From assembly GCA_046292385.1 (NCBI GenBank), contig JBKBRF010000010.1, positions 32,001 through 96,000 on the forward strand: 64,000 nt of DNA, in the 5' to 3' direction. The notes under the pieces are model-generated. The model had not been told where the DNA came from and made no database searches. It worked only from the letters and a program-made list of their open reading frames with translations. How positions within the stretch are numbered: position 1 is the stretch's first letter; each line of letters starts with the position of its first letter. Source of the stretch: Armatimonadota bacterium (GTDB taxonomy: Bacteria; Armatimonadota; SYMT01). The translations under genes and the position numbers were made by a program. Shown one piece after another: positions 12,386 through 23,780 of the stretch.

Positions 12386-13708
12386 TTAGCCCTTCCGCAT
12401 CTCCAGGCCGCGCATGGTGCCGGTGCTGGTGGCGAAGCGGTCCGCCTCCAGGCCGAAGCGCTGGAGGATGTTCACGAAGAGGTTCGGCAGCGGGTAGTTG
12501 CGCTCCCGGTCGAAGGCGAGGTGCTGGCCGTGCCGGAAGCCGCCGCCCGCGAAGAGGACCGGCAGGTTGGTGGTGACGTGCCTGTTGGCGTCGCCCATGT
12601 TGCTGCCGTAGAGGACCATCGTGCGGTCGAGCAGCGTCTCCCCGCCTTCCGGAGTCGACTTCAGGTCCGCGAAGAGCCCCGCGAGGAGCTTCATGTGCTC
12701 CGTGTCGATCTGCTCCAGCTCCGCCAGCTTCTGCGGGTTGCGGCCGTGGTGGGAGAGGTTGTGGTAGCCGTCCGAGACGGTCTTGCCGTCCACCACGATG
12801 GCGGGCGAGGCGACCCCGTCGAGCATCAGCGTGATATTGCGGGTCGAGTCGGTGGCGAAGGCGAGGTGCGCCAGGTCGTAGATCAGCCGCACCTTCTCCA
12901 TGTACTCGCGGGAGCTCGGCGGGTCGACCGGCGGCGGCACGTTCACCACCGGGCGCGGCTTCTTCTCCCACTCGGCCGACTGCACCAGCCGCTTCTCCAG
13001 CTCGCGCACGCCGGTGAAGTACTGGTCCAGCCGCTCGCGGTCCCGCGCGCCGACGGTGCTCTGCAGCCGCTTCGTCTGGTCCGCCACGCTGTCCATCACG
13101 CTCTTGCCGAGCGCCAGCCGGCGGGACTGCGCCTTGATCTCCTCCGGAGAGCCGCCGAGGAAGAGCTTCTTGAAGACCGCGGTGGCGCTCGTCTCGCACG
13201 GCAGCACCACGCCGCCCGCGGTGCAGGAGAGGCTGTTGCGCGCGCCGCGGGCGTTGACGCCGAGGGTGAGGGAGGGGAAGCGGGTCAGGTGGCCGATCCG
13301 CTCCGCCACGTACTGGTCGAGCGAGATCGTGTTCCGGAAGTTGCTGCTCGCCGGGTGGGGCGCAGCGGTGAGGAAGCAGACGTCCGCCGGGTGGCCGCCG
13401 TCCACGTCCGGGTGCCACACGCCGCTGAAGACGGTGAAGTCGGAGCGGAAGTCGCGCAGGTGCTCCAGGTAGGGAGAGAGCGCGTAGCCCTGCCCGGTCG
13501 AGTCGGCCGCCGGGAAGAACCGGTCCGGCAGCACGCCAAGGTTGTTGCAGATGCCGAAGAACCGGCGCGGCGCCTCCGCGGCGGTCTCCGCGCGGGCAAA
13601 GGCGGGCGACATCGCCTCCAGGAGCGGCAGGCCCAGAAGGACCCCGGCTCCCCGCAGGAAGTGACGCCGGGAGAGTGCGCTCGGCGTGCAGGCGTGTACA
13701 CGTTTCAT
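12386..13708 (-). CDS. DUF1552-domain protein with twin-arginine-like leader
   Basis: [47 protein letters not shown]. Confidence 0.85.
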   Translation of the reverse strand: MKRVHACTPSALSRRHFLRGAGVLLGLPLLEAMSPAFARAETAAEAPRRFFGICNNLGVLPDRFFPAADSTGQGYALSPYLEHLRDFRSDFTVFSGVWHPDVDGGHPADVCFLTAAPHPASSNFRNTISLDQYVAERIGHLTRFPSLTLGVNARGARNSLSCTAGGVVLPCETSATAVFKKLFLGGSPEEIKAQSRRLALGKSVMDSVADQTKRLQSTVGARDRERLDQYFTGVRELEKRLVQSAEWEKKPRPVVNVPPPVDPPSSREYMEKVRLIYDLAHLAFATDSTRNITLMLDGVASPAIVVDGKTVSDGYHNLSHHGRNPQKLAELEQIDTEHMKLLAGLFADLKSTPEGGETLLDRTMVLYGSNMGDANRHVTTNLPVLFAGGGFRHGQHLAFDRERNYPLPNLFVNILQRFGLEADRFATSTGTMRGLEMRKG

Positions 13709-13712
13709 GCGA

Positions 13713-16370
13713 CTACTTGCTCCTGAATAGCGGGCTGGCGACAACCGCGTGGATAAGGGACCTTACCCCATATCCGCCGGGCTTCGCACGGTCCAGGATG
13801 CGCTCCACTTCCGGCCTGTCGCCAAACCGGACCGGCGCTCCCGTGGAATAAGTCACCAATTGCGACACCAGGTTGCGCGCAATCTGGCGCTCGTCCTGAA
13901 GCAAGAGGCGCTTGAGCTCCCGCACGTCTTGGAACGGCCGTCCGTCCGGAAGCGCGCCGGAAGAGTCGACCGGCAGCTCCGCGCGGAAGACGAACGGCTG
14001 CCCGTTCTTGCCGCGGCCGGGCACCCGCGGGCCGGCCTCGCCCAGGTCCCGGTACTTCTCCCGCCAGCCGCCGAAGATGTCGAAGCTCTCCAGCGCGAAA
14101 CCGGGAGGGTCTATCTTCACGTGGCACGGGCGGCAGGAGGCGTCTGCGCTGTGCTTCGCGAGCTGCTCGCGGATCGTGGTGGCGCCGCGGATGTCCGGCT
14201 CCACCGCCGGGATCGACGGAGGCGGAGGCGGCACCGGCTGGCCCAGGATGCGCTCCGTCACCCAGGCGCCGCGCAGCACGGGGGAGGTGGTGGTGCCGTT
14301 CGCCGTCACCTTCAGCACGCTCGCCTGGGTGAGCAGTCCGCCCCGCACGCTGTCGGGCGGCAGCGCCACGCGCCGGATCGGGGAGCCTTCCACCGCCGGC
14401 AGGTCGTAGTGCTCCGCCAGCTTGGCGTTCAGCATGGCGAAGTCGGAAGCGACGAGATTCCGGGCGGGCAGGTCGCCCCGGATCAGCTCTGTGAAGAAGG
14501 CGCGGGTCTCCGCCACCGCCGACTCGGTGAGGAGGTCGTCCAGGTAGTAGTCCGGATAGAGGATCTCATCCGGCGAGGTGAGGTCGACCTTCCGCAGGTC
14601 GAGCCAGTAGTCAAGGAACCCCTCCACGAACCGCGCCGCGCGCGGATCGGCGAGCATGCGGTCCGCCTGCTCCGCCAGCTGCTTCGGGTCCTTCAGAGCG
14701 CCGCGGTCCGCCAGCGCGCGCAGGGCGGGGTCCGGCTGTGTGTTCCAGAGGAAGTAGGAGAGCCGCGAGGCGAGCGCGTGGGCGTCCAGCGGCCCGGGCC
14801 GCTCCTCCAGCGTCAGGAAGCCGGGAGAGCAGAGCACGCCGGTGCAGGCGGTCAGGAGCGCCTCGGTGAAGTCGGCCCCCTCCTCGCGCGCGGTGTGGAA
14901 GAGCTTCACGAACGGCACCGCGTCGGCTTCCTGCACCGGCCGCCGCAGGGCGCGCTCGAGGAAGCGGCGCACCAGCCGCTCCCCGTCCCGGGCCGGGTCG
15001 TGCGGGACGATCTCCACGTGGCCCCGGTCCGAGTCTTTCAGCGGCAGGTCGCCGGAGAGCAGGCGCTGGGCCGGCGTGGGCCAGCTCTCGTAGAGCGGGC
15101 CTTCCACCTCCAGCCAGTGGTAGGCGACTCCCGGCTGCCCCTCCGGCGTGGCGAGCGGGTTGCGCCAGTTGGGCGGGCGAGAGCGGAAGAGGCGGGCCGG
15201 GTCGGGCTGGATGCTCTCGCCCTCCAGCAGGTGCACCTCCAGCTCGCCGACCGTCGACTCCGGTCCGTAGTCGAGCGTCCCCAGCTTCCGGAGCTGCTGG
15301 GTCACCCCCTGCGGGAGCGCCGCGTAGAGGCTGACCGGCTCCTGCGTCCGGCCCGCGGAGAGGCTCGTCAGGCTCGGCCGCCACCAGCGCTGCTCGCTCT
15401 CCGGGTGCGCCCAGAAGGTGTGCGCCCGCAGCCGCAGCCGGTAGCGGCCGGAGAGCGGAGCGCGGAACCGGTCGAAGCGCGGGTTCAGCGGCTCGTAGGC
15501 GCTGGCGACCACCCCTACCGATTCCAGCTCTCGCTGGACCGGATCGCTCTCCCCCACCGTGACGGGGCCGCGGCCGCGCGGCTCCCGCGCCGCGGGATCC
15601 GCGGCGCTGTTGAGGAGCATGTAGGTGGCCCGCTCCGGCGCCTCGCCGGGCCGTGGGCCGAGCGATCGCTGCTCGCGGGCGTAGTAGCGGTGGGTGGTCG
15701 TCTCCGGACGGGCCGCCGTCTTCACCATCGCCTCCCGCAGCGCGTAGCCGGCGGCGTTCAGGTAGCGGCTCATCTGGACGTGGGAGATGTCGAGCGCCTC
15801 CCCCACCTTGTTGAAGCGGGCCAGGGTGCCGTCTTCGGGCAGCATCTCCCGGAGCTGGAGCCAGGGGGTGTCGAGGAAATCGCGGACCGTGTTCTCGTAC
15901 TCGTAGCGGTTCATCCGCCGCCAGGCGGCGCGCCCCTCGCGCCGCACCCGCTCCGCCTCGACCGCCAGGAGCGGGGCGCTCAGCTCCGAGACGAACTTCC
16001 GGCGCGCGGCCGCGGTCGGCTGCGGCGCTCCTTTCGGCGGCATCTCACCCGCGGTGACGCGGTCGACCACCTTTACCCACTTCTCGAAGCTCCGGGGGTC
16101 GTCCGGCCGGAACGCCGCCGTGAGGTCGAGCCCGCCGCTCGGGTTCGTCTTTCCGTGGCATCCGGCGCAGCTCTGCTTCAGGAAGCTCTGCGCGGAGGCC
16201 GGCAGCGCCCGGGCGGCCGCGGCGTTCGGAACGCTGCTCCAGCCGACGGAGGCGACCAGCGCCAGCAGCGACCCGCCCGCGCCGGCGAGCACGGCGAGCG
16301 GGCGCCGCCACGGCGACGCCGGCCGCTGCCCCGCCCGACAGCGGTATCCCCGATGACTGCGTGGGATCAA
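13713..16370 (-). CDS. DUF1592/1588/1585 (PSD) cytochrome c-type protein
   Basis: CAGCH and CRPCH heme motifs, [32 protein letters not shown] start at 16370 after AGGAGG. Confidence 0.85.
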   Translation of the reverse strand: MIPRSHRGYRCRAGQRPASPWRRPLAVLAGAGGSLLALVASVGWSSVPNAAAARALPASAQSFLKQSCAGCHGKTNPSGGLDLTAAFRPDDPRSFEKWVKVVDRVTAGEMPPKGAPQPTAAARRKFVSELSAPLLAVEAERVRREGRAAWRRMNRYEYENTVRDFLDTPWLQLREMLPEDGTLARFNKVGEALDISHVQMSRYLNAAGYALREAMVKTAARPETTTHRYYAREQRSLGPRPGEAPERATYMLLNSAADPAAREPRGRGPVTVGESDPVQRELESVGVVASAYEPLNPRFDRFRAPLSGRYRLRLRAHTFWAHPESEQRWWRPSLTSLSAGRTQEPVSLYAALPQGVTQQLRKLGTLDYGPESTVGELEVHLLEGESIQPDPARLFRSRPPNWRNPLATPEGQPGVAYHWLEVEGPLYESWPTPAQRLLSGDLPLKDSDRGHVEIVPHDPARDGERLVRRFLERALRRPVQEADAVPFVKLFHTAREEGADFTEALLTACTGVLCSPGFLTLEERPGPLDAHALASRLSYFLWNTQPDPALRALADRGALKDPKQLAEQADRMLADPRAARFVEGFLDYWLDLRKVDLTSPDEILYPDYYLDDLLTESAVAETRAFFTELIRGDLPARNLVASDFAMLNAKLAEHYDLPAVEGSPIRRVALPPDSVRGGLLTQASVLKVTANGTTTSPVLRGAWVTERILGQPVPPPPPSIPAVEPDIRGATTIREQLAKHSADASCRPCHVKIDPPGFALESFDIFGGWREKYRDLGEAGPRVPGRGKNGQPFVFRAELPVDSSGALPDGRPFQDVRELKRLLLQDERQIARNLVSQLVTYSTGAPVRFGDRPEVERILDRAKPGGYGVRSLIHAVVASPLFRSK

Positions 16371-16781
16371 TTCGGTCCCTCCTGTCCGGCCCGGCGCCCG
16401 GCTGCGGAGCGTTCCTCTTCCGAAAGCACTGAATCCCACTTCGACGAGCCAGAGCAAGTTCCTCTCACCGCCGCCACCGTGCCGAGGAAGCCGGTGGTTA
16501 ACAAACTCGAAACCGGAACTTCCGCCTCCCGATACAGGCGGGTAACAGCGCCGCAATCAACCGCTGCTAACCTTCAGAAAGACGAGCGGCCTCAAGCAGC
16601 GGAGCGGGCGCGCCGGCAGGCGGTGCGCCCGCTCGCTTCCTCTCCAGGTGAGCTGTATTTCCGAGGCGAAGATTATAGATTTTTTTTGTTAGCAGGTAAC
16701 CCCCTCGCAACCCCCGAATGAATAGTCCAACCGTGGGGAGCTAGTAGGCGCTCTCCAACTCGAGCAACAGGAGATCCTGTC

Positions 16782-17537
16782 ATGCAGCTCAGCAAGCGGA
16801 CCGGCTCGCGTACGGGTTTCACCCTGATCGAGCTTCTGGTCGTGATCGCCATCATCGCTATTCTCGCCGCAATCCTCTTCCCCGTCTTCGCGCAGGCCCG
16901 CGAGAAGGCCCGCCAGGCCACCTGCCAGTCCAACCTCAAGCAGATGGGCAACGCCTTCACGATGTATGCCCAGGACTACGATGAGACGCTGCCCTACAAC
17001 TACCACTACAACTCGGCGCGCAACATGCTCTGGTGGTGGGAAGACGACCTGCAGCCGTACGCCAAGAGCTACCAGATCTTCGTCTGCCCCTCCGCGGACC
17101 CGAAGATCGTTTACAACTGGGGCCGGGACCACGCGCTGTTCAACGCCTGGCCGCGGAACCTGGTCACTACCTACGTCGGCAATACCGCCGGGTTCTACGG
17201 GTCGACCTGCAGCGTGCTCAAGGCAAGCGGCAGCTGCACCCCTCCGCTGATGAGCAACTGGGGCGGCGACACGAACACCTCGCCCCTCGCCTCCATCGAT
17301 GACGTCGCCGGCACGCTGCTCGTCACGGAAGGCTGGTCGAAGGAGATCTGGGACGTGGTCCAGACCACCTCGTGGGTCGGCCGCGCGGGCGCCAGCCAGC
17401 CGTGGGATACGAAGAACCCGTCCACGATCGAAGGCCGGCACATGGGCCACAACAACGTTCTGTTCGTCGACGGGCACGTCAAGGCGACCAAGACGATCGG
17501 CCTGAAGCCCTCCGTGTGGACCCGCGAGACCGACTGA
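16782..17537 (+). CDS. Prepilin-type N-methylation / DUF1559 / H-X9-DG protein
   Basis: [44 protein letters not shown]-terminal [13 protein letters not shown]. Confidence 0.9.
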   Translation: MQLSKRTGSRTGFTLIELLVVIAIIAILAAILFPVFAQAREKARQATCQSNLKQMGNAFTMYAQDYDETLPYNYHYNSARNMLWWWEDDLQPYAKSYQIFVCPSADPKIVYNWGRDHALFNAWPRNLVTTYVGNTAGFYGSTCSVLKASGSCTPPLMSNWGGDTNTSPLASIDDVAGTLLVTEGWSKEIWDVVQTTSWVGRAGASQPWDTKNPSTIEGRHMGHNNVLFVDGHVKATKTIGLKPSVWTRETD

Positions 17538-17600
17538 TCCGCCGTCTCCGGCCCGGGCGGCCCACGCGTCTGCCCGGACCGGAGCGCACCGTGCACTACT

Positions 17601-17921
17601 ATGGCAAGACTTCGAACCGCGGCCCTTCTCTGGGCCTTAGCCGCCAGCGCTCCGTTCCTGTCCGGGTGCGCCGATACCACCCCACCGCCGCCATCGAGTC
17701 CGGAGATGGTCCCGCTCTCCGGCTCGCGCCCACCCCAGGGAGAGTACCGCAAGGCAGGCGGACAGCCGGGGTCCATGCCCCCCGGAGGCATGCCTCCCGG
17801 CGGCATGCGTCCCGGGGCGATGCCTCCCGGCGGAATGCCTCCAGGCGGGATGCCCCCAGGTGGGATGCCGCCGGGAGGCATGCCTCCCGGCGGGATGCCT
17901 CCCGGCGGGATGCCCCGTTAG
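17601..17921 (+). CDS. Small lipoprotein with (MPPGG)n tail
   Basis: Lipobox LSGC; low-complexity C-terminus. Confidence 0.7.
   Translation: MARLRTAALLWALAASAPFLSGCADTTPPPPSSPEMVPLSGSRPPQGEYRKAGGQPGSMPPGGMPPGGMRPGAMPPGGMPPGGMPPGGMPPGGMPPGGMPPGGMPR
17775..17918 (+). repeat. 15-bp tandem repeat, 9 units plus a partial one, encoding MPPGG
   Basis: ATGCCNCCNGGNGGN units with third-position variation. Confidence 0.9.
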
Positions 17922-18081
17922 CGCTCTTCCGGGCGTCACCGTTCCGGCTGGCGCCCGGGAGCCTCCGACAGAATGGAAGGGGAGGAGGAAACATGCCGGC
18001 GGTGCTGCTGGTCTCCCCTCCCCCTCCCTTCCTCCTGGCCGCTTGAGACGTTCGACTCCGTCACTCCGCACCACAGCTCGC

Positions 18082-19287
18082 ATGCTAGCTCGCACCCGCA
18101 GTATCGTGAGAGCGTCCTGGCCGCTCGCCGCGTTTCTCCTCGTCGCCTGCGGGTGCGGGGGGCTTCGCACTGCGGGCAAGGGCTCCGAACTGGCGGCGGT
18201 CCCTACCCCGGAGTTGGAGCGGCGAGCGTCGACGGCGCCGCAGGCCGCCGTCTTCCGAGAGCTGGCGCACCGCATGCTTCAGGAAGAGCGGCTGCGCGAG
18301 TGCGAGAGCTACCTGCAGCGGGCGCTGGAGCTGGAGCCGCGCAGCTCGGATGCCTATAACCTGCGCGGGATGCTCCGGGCCACCGAGGGCGCGGCGGAGG
18401 CCGCCGCGGACGACTTTCGGCGCGCCGCCGAGCTCGCTCCGGACAAGATCGGCCCGCACCTCAACCTGGGCCGGCTGCTGATCTCCCAGCGCCACTACCA
18501 GTCCGCCGCCGCGGAGTTCGAGAAGGCGCTCGCCCTCCATCCCGCCAGCGCGGAAGCAGCCCGGTTAGCGGGAGACGCCCGCCGCGAAGGCGGCCCTTCA
18601 CTGCTTGCCAAGCGCCACTATCGCCGGGCGCTGGAGCTCCGGCCGGACGATACGGCCGCCCACGCGGGACTCGGGGAGGTGCTCACCAACACCGGCCGCT
18701 TCGCGGAAGGACGCGAGCACCTGCGCCAGGCGCGTGCGCTGGGGGACGCCAGCGCGCGCACCCAGGGCTATCTCGGCCTCGCCTGCGCTCTCGGGATCGA
18801 GAGCCCGGCGGACGCCGGCGAGGCGCTGCAGCACCTCGAAGCGGCGCGCGCCGGGGGTGACACCGGCTCCCACGTCGTCTACGGGCTCGGTCTCGCCTAC
18901 CTGGCTGCGGGAAAGCACGGGGAGGCGGAGCGGGTGCTGAGAGAGGGAATCCGCCGGTTCCCGGACGTTTCGGGCCTCCACTACACGCTGGCCGATCTCT
19001 ACGCCGCCACGGGCCGCGCCCGGGAAAGCCGGAGTGCTCGCAGCCGCTCCGCCGCTCTGACCGCGGTGCGGCAGGAGGAGGAACGCCTCCTCGGGGAGAT
19101 CGCCGGCCGGCCCCAGGACGTGGAGCCGTACCGGCGCTACGGCGCCTGGCTGCTGCGGCGCGGGGAGCGGGCGCGGGCGAAACCGGTGCTCGCCCAGGCA
19201 CTCCGGCTGGCGCCGGACGATCCCGCCCTCCAGCGCGATCTGCGCCTCGCCTCCGGAGAACCGGACCCTTCCGCTAACCCTCGATGA
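18082..19287 (+). CDS. TPR-repeat lipoprotein (start approximate)
   Basis: LLVAC lipobox; repeated ALELxP / HLNLG / AHAGLG TPR motifs. Confidence 0.8.
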   Translation: MLARTRSIVRASWPLAAFLLVACGCGGLRTAGKGSELAAVPTPELERRASTAPQAAVFRELAHRMLQEERLRECESYLQRALELEPRSSDAYNLRGMLRATEGAAEAAADDFRRAAELAPDKIGPHLNLGRLLISQRHYQSAAAEFEKALALHPASAEAARLAGDARREGGPSLLAKRHYRRALELRPDDTAAHAGLGEVLTNTGRFAEGREHLRQARALGDASARTQGYLGLACALGIESPADAGEALQHLEAARAGGDTGSHVVYGLGLAYLAAGKHGEAERVLREGIRRFPDVSGLHYTLADLYAATGRARESRSARSRSAALTAVRQEEERLLGEIAGRPQDVEPYRRYGAWLLRRGERARAKPVLAQALRLAPDDPALQRDLRLASGEPDPSANPR

Positions 19288-20951
19288 GCCTTCTTCCCCG
19301 CCTCCTGATTCCCATCCTGCTGCTCGCCGGCGGCTGCGAGGTAGTGCGGCCCCGCGCCGCTCCCGCGCCGGCGCCGCGCGAAGGCCTGTTCCAGGAGGTC
19401 TCCGCCGCCGCCGGCGTACGGTTCCAGCACACCGAGAAGCCAGCTGGCCCCGATCCGGCAGACATCCTCCAGACCACCGGGGCGGGCTGCGCCGTCTGGG
19501 ATTACGACGGCGACGGGTGGATGGATCTTTACCTGATCGACGGCGTGCACGCCGCCGGGGGTGGAAACCGCCTCTATCGCAACCGCGGCGACGGCACCTT
19601 CGAGGATGTCACGCAGGCGGCGGGTGTCGCCGGCCAGGGATACGGGATGGGCTGCGCGGTGGGCGACTACGACGGCGACGGCGATCCCGATCTCTACCTC
19701 GCCAACCACGGGCGCAACCTCCTCTACCGGAACAACGGCGACGGGACCTTTACCGACGTGACCGACGCCGCGGGAGTCGCCGCGGGCGGCTGGAGCGCCG
19801 TCGCCGCCTTCCTGGACGTGGAGGGAGACGGCGATCTCGATCTTTACGTCGGCCGCTACGCGCACTTCGACGGGGAGAGCCAGCGGTTCTGCGAGACGGC
19901 CGGGGTGACGGGAAGCTGCAACCCGTCGCAGTATCCGCCGGAAGCAGACCTGCTCTACCTGAACGAGGGGAACGGCCGCTTCCGGGACGGAACCCGTGCC
20001 GCGGGCCTCTCCGAGAGCTCCGGCCGGGCGCTGGGAGTGCTGGTCGACGACTACGACGCGGACGGACGGGCCGACCTGTTTGTCGCCAACGACGGAACCG
20101 CCAACTTCCTCTACCACAACGAGGGTGGGGGGCGCTTCCGGGACGTCGCCATCCCGGCCGGCGTCGCCTACGGCTTCGGCGGCCGGGCGGAGGCGTCGAT
20201 GGGCTGCGACTGGGGCGACTTCGACGGGGACGGGCGACTGGACCTCCTGATCGGCAACTTCCAGGGCGAGACGAGCGCGCTCTACCGGAACCTGGGAGAG
20301 GGGCTCTTCCGCTACGCCACCGGGGCGGCCGGACTGGCGGAGGTAACGACCGACGTCCTCACCTTCGGGGCCGGCTTCTTCGACTACGACCGGGACGGCG
20401 ATCTCGACATCGCCCAGGCGAACGGTCACATCCATTCCACACTCGAAAGCATCGACCCGGACGCGCGGTTCCAGCAGCCGCGCCAGCTCTTCCGGAACGA
20501 GGGCGACGGCCGCTTCCGCGATGCGAGCACGGAAGCCGGCCCCGGCTTTACCGCGCCGACCGTAGGCCGCGGCCTCGCCTTCGGCGACCTCGACAACGAC
20601 GGCGACCCCGACCTCCTCGCCAACAACAACGGCCGGCCTGCCGCCCTGCTGCGCAACACGCTGGCGAGTGGGAATCACTGGCTCGGGGTGCAGGTGACCG
20701 GAGCTCCGAGCGGCGCGACCGAGCTGGGCGCCCGCGTCACCGTAGAAGCCGGCGGTCGCACGTGGACCCGGGCGGTGCGGACATCCTATAGCTACGCGTC
20801 AGCGAACGACCCGCGGGTTCTCTTCGGGCTCGGGCCGCACGGGGGCGAGGTCACGGTGCGAGTCGCCTGGCCGGACGGAAGCACGGCGGAGCGAACCGGG
20901 GTCCGGCCTGACCAGTACGTCACTATCAGTCCCTCCCCGCCGGCGGACTGA
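19284..20951 (+). CDS. CRTAC1/ASPIC-UnbV FG-GAP repeat lipoprotein
   Basis: Repeated DYDGDGxxD and YRNxGDGTFxDVT; NHWLG...LFGLG ASPIC domain; LAGGC lipobox. Confidence 0.9.
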   Translation: MSLLPRLLIPILLLAGGCEVVRPRAAPAPAPREGLFQEVSAAAGVRFQHTEKPAGPDPADILQTTGAGCAVWDYDGDGWMDLYLIDGVHAAGGGNRLYRNRGDGTFEDVTQAAGVAGQGYGMGCAVGDYDGDGDPDLYLANHGRNLLYRNNGDGTFTDVTDAAGVAAGGWSAVAAFLDVEGDGDLDLYVGRYAHFDGESQRFCETAGVTGSCNPSQYPPEADLLYLNEGNGRFRDGTRAAGLSESSGRALGVLVDDYDADGRADLFVANDGTANFLYHNEGGGRFRDVAIPAGVAYGFGGRAEASMGCDWGDFDGDGRLDLLIGNFQGETSALYRNLGEGLFRYATGAAGLAEVTTDVLTFGAGFFDYDRDGDLDIAQANGHIHSTLESIDPDARFQQPRQLFRNEGDGRFRDASTEAGPGFTAPTVGRGLAFGDLDNDGDPDLLANNNGRPAALLRNTLASGNHWLGVQVTGAPSGATELGARVTVEAGGRTWTRAVRTSYSYASANDPRVLFGLGPHGGEVTVRVAWPDGSTAERTGVRPDQYVTISPSPPAD

Positions 20952-21144
20952 TCGCCCCCTACTTCCCTCCCGCGGGCACGGAGACCGGGCATTCATCTTC
21001 CGGAAGCACCGAGTCCCACCTCGATGGCGCGGCGCAAGCTCCTCTCACCACCGACGCCACGCTCCCGAAAGGGTATTCCGGTCTCGCCCGCGTAGCTTTG
21101 GCGCGAAAGCCCTGCACGGGACCGGGGCTCACCGGAGATATGAG

Positions 21145-21711
21145 ATGGAAACCGAAGCCGACTACCTCGAGCCGCCACTGCGGAAGCTGCCGGTCGACCT
21201 GGAGACGCTCGCGGAGTTCGCGACCGAGGGGGAGGATTACCTGGACGACTCCTATGCGCGCGTGGGGTACTTCGACACCCACACCGGCGCGGTCCACATC
21301 GTCTATCGCCAGGCCCTCAGTTGTATCGAGGACGAGCTCGATCCGGACGAGCTGGACGAATGGGGTCAGGCGGATCTCCAGATTGCCGGAGAGATCCTGT
21401 CGGACAGGGACGGGCGGTACGAGGCGATCGATCGCTGGCATTCGTCCGAGGAGTTCCGCCTGATGGAGCAGTTCGCGGAGGAGACCACCGATCCACGCGC
21501 TCGCGCGGCCCTCCTGAGCGCACTCAGCGGACGCAAGCCGTTCCGTCGGTTCAAAGAGGCGGTCTGCGACTGGCCGGGACTCCGCGACACCTGGTTCCTC
21601 TTCCGGGACCATGCGCGCCGCCAGCGCGCCCGGCGCTGGCTGCAGCAGCTCGAGATCGACGCGGAAGACGCCTCACAGCGCAAGCTGGACCCGCTGCCGG
21701 AGCGGTGGTAG
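21145..21711 (+). CDS. UPF0158-family protein
   Basis: YFDTHTGAV, FRLMEQF, ALSGRKPFRRFKEAV. Confidence 0.75.
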   Translation: METEADYLEPPLRKLPVDLETLAEFATEGEDYLDDSYARVGYFDTHTGAVHIVYRQALSCIEDELDPDELDEWGQADLQIAGEILSDRDGRYEAIDRWHSSEEFRLMEQFAEETTDPRARAALLSALSGRKPFRRFKEAVCDWPGLRDTWFLFRDHARRQRARRWLQQLEIDAEDASQRKLDPLPERW

Positions 21712-21736
21712 GCCCGGGCTGCGGGCTCCGAAACCA

Positions 21737-21773
21737 CGAGGCCGCTCCACCGATGGGACGGAGAGCGGCCTCG
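21737..21773. terminator. Hairpin between convergent genes
   Basis: CGAGGCCGCTC ... GAGCGGCCTCG inverted repeat. Confidence 0.5.
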
Positions 21774-21802
21774 CTGCGAGTTGGGAGCGGTGGGACTGGT
21801 GC

Positions 21803-22708
21803 CTACTCGGCTTCGCAAACCACGCGGAAGCCCGCAAAGGGGGCGTCCGCCAGCCACCAGCGGCTCTTGGGGAACTGCGGATCGGTCTCCTGCCAGCGCG
21901 GCTCCCAGCGACGGCGCATGTCCGGAGACAGGCCGGCCAGCCCGTCGCGGAAGGTGCCGCCGCAGAGCACCGCCTTGCCTTCCAGGTCGGTCGCCCACTC
22001 GCCGGGGTTGCCGACCATGTCATGCAGGCCGAGCTTGTTCGCCGCCTTCTTGCCGACCGGATGCGTTACCTTGCCGCTGTTGCCGCCCCACCAGGCGATC
22101 TTGTCGGCCGTGGCGCGGTCCGGCTTCCAGGTTTCGCTCTCGCCGGCGCGGCAGGCGAGCTCCCACTCCGCCTCCGTGGGGAGGCGGTACTTCTTGCCGG
22201 TCGCCTCGGAGAGCCAGCGGCAGTACATCGTGACGCTCAGGAAGCTGACGTTGATGACCGGATAGCTGTTGTGTCCCCAGCCGAGGTCCGGCAGGATGTA
22301 GCTCTTACTCGGCCGGGCGATCGCGTCGGCCGGGAATTCGGTCTGGTCGTACGCGGGAGAGGCGGGGCCGCTCGCGATGAAGACGTCGTAGGCTTCCCAC
22401 GGGGTCTCCGTCTTCGCCATGTAGAACGGCTTTACCGTGACGCTCTTGTCGCCCACCTTGACCGTCCCACCCGGCACGGCGACCATCGGAAGCTTGACCG
22501 TCGACTCGGGAAGCGCCTGCACGAACGACTTCAGCTTCCCCGCAGGCGCCTGCGCGGCGGACGTTTGCGCCGGAGCGGTTAGAATGACTCCTGTGATGAG
22601 CACCCCCACCGAGAGCAGGGCCCCCGCGACCGGACGACCGGCCTGGAGCCGGCTGCGCTTCCACTTCTCGTTCCCCCTCGGGGTCTGCCTGCTGGCGTTC
22701 AGCCTCAT
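21803..22708 (-). CDS. FGE-sulfatase (SUMF1/PvdO-like) domain exported protein
   Basis: YRLPTEAEWELACRAG, NKLGLHDMVGNPGEW, GFRVV; start uncertain. Confidence 0.85.
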   Translation of the reverse strand: MRLNASRQTPRGNEKWKRSRLQAGRPVAGALLSVGVLITGVILTAPAQTSAAQAPAGKLKSFVQALPESTVKLPMVAVPGGTVKVGDKSVTVKPFYMAKTETPWEAYDVFIASGPASPAYDQTEFPADAIARPSKSYILPDLGWGHNSYPVINVSFLSVTMYCRWLSEATGKKYRLPTEAEWELACRAGESETWKPDRATADKIAWWGGNSGKVTHPVGKKAANKLGLHDMVGNPGEWATDLEGKAVLCGGTFRDGLAGLSPDMRRRWEPRWQETDPQFPKSRWWLADAPFAGFRVVCEAE

Positions 22709-23633
22709 GGTTACCTCGTCTGCGGCCGCGCCGCCTTCCGGCGGGCTCTCCCGCTTCACCTATACGCAATATCACATGGGCGTGGACGCCCGTCTGGTTG
22801 TCTACGCCCCGGATCAGGCGACCGCGGAGCGGGTCTGCGCCGCCGCCTTCGCGCGGATCGCCGAGCTCGATACTATCATGAGCGACTATCGCCGGAATAG
22901 CGAGCTCAACCGTCTCTCAGCACGCGCGGGCGGCCCGCCCATCCGCGTCTCGCCGCACCTCTTCCGCGTGCTTCAGCGCGCCCAACTGGTGGCGCGTCAA
23001 TCGGGCGGCGCCTTCGACGTAACTATTGGACCGCTAATCGGCCTGTGGCGCAAGGCGCGCAAGTCCGGAACGCTCCCGGCTCCCGACGAGATCGCCCGCG
23101 CTCGCCGCCTCGTCGGCTGGCAGAAGCTCCACCTGGACGAGCGCGCGCGCACCGCTCGCCTGGAGCTCCCGGGCATGCAGCTCGACCTGGGCGGCATCGC
23201 CAAGGGGTACGCCGCCGACGTGGCCCAGCGCACCTTCAAGGAGCGCGGCATCCTCCACGCGCTGGTGGAGATGGGAGGCGACATCGTGGTGAGCGGCGCG
23301 CCTCCCGGCACCGAGGGGTGGACCATCCGCGTCCCGAATGCCGGCACCGACCGCGGCCCCGCGGAGCTGCATCTCACCCACCGCGCCATCTCGACTTCCG
23401 GCGATACGGAGCAGTTCGCGATCATCGGCGGGCGCCGCTACTCGCACATCGTCGACCCGCGCACCGGCATGGCGCAAACCAACCGGGTCCAGGTCTCCGT
23501 GATCGCCCCGAACGGCCTCACCTCCGACCCGCTCTCCACGGCCCTCACCATCCTGGGCGAAGAGGACAGCAGCCGGCTGCGGGAGAGCTACCCGAAAACC
23601 ACCACCTACGTCCGGGTCCTGCCTCTGGACTAA
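22584..23633 (+). CDS. apbE: FAD:protein FMN transferase (start between 22584 and 22707)
   Basis: HMG, SELNRL, GAFDVTIGPL, LDLGGIAKGY, ISTSG, YSHIVDPRTG, DPLST. Confidence 0.9.
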   Translation: MTPVMSTPTESRAPATGRPAWSRLRFHFSFPLGVCLLAFSLMVTSSAAAPPSGGLSRFTYTQYHMGVDARLVVYAPDQATAERVCAAAFARIAELDTIMSDYRRNSELNRLSARAGGPPIRVSPHLFRVLQRAQLVARQSGGAFDVTIGPLIGLWRKARKSGTLPAPDEIARARRLVGWQKLHLDERARTARLELPGMQLDLGGIAKGYAADVAQRTFKERGILHALVEMGGDIVVSGAPPGTEGWTIRVPNAGTDRGPAELHLTHRAISTSGDTEQFAIIGGRRYSHIVDPRTGMAQTNRVQVSVIAPNGLTSDPLSTALTILGEEDSSRLRESYPKTTTYVRVLPLD

Positions 23634-23649
23634 CGGAGCCGCTGGAAGC

Positions 23650-23770
23650 GGGAGAGCTGCGCCGGTTTTCAGGTTATCAAGTTGCAGGTTGCAAGTTTCC
23701 GAGCCGGAAGCCCGGCGCTTAGCTTGTCAACCTGCTAACCTGCCAACCTGCAACTTCAGGCAGCTCTCCC
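23650..23770. repeat. Long imperfect hairpin of short (CAGGTTG/CAACCTG) units between convergent genes
   Basis: GGGAGAGCTGC ... GCAGCTCTCCC arms enclosing inverted 7-8-mer arrays. Confidence 0.65.
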
Positions 23771-23780
23771 ACTCAGTTCC

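Noticed and set aside
16686..16702. GTTAGCAGGTAAC as a LacI-type operator
   Set aside because: Imperfect single palindrome with no cognate regulator nearby; too weak to call.
17775..17918. Possible CRISPR-like array
   Set aside because: Contiguous 15-bp coding repeats with no spacers and no cas genes.
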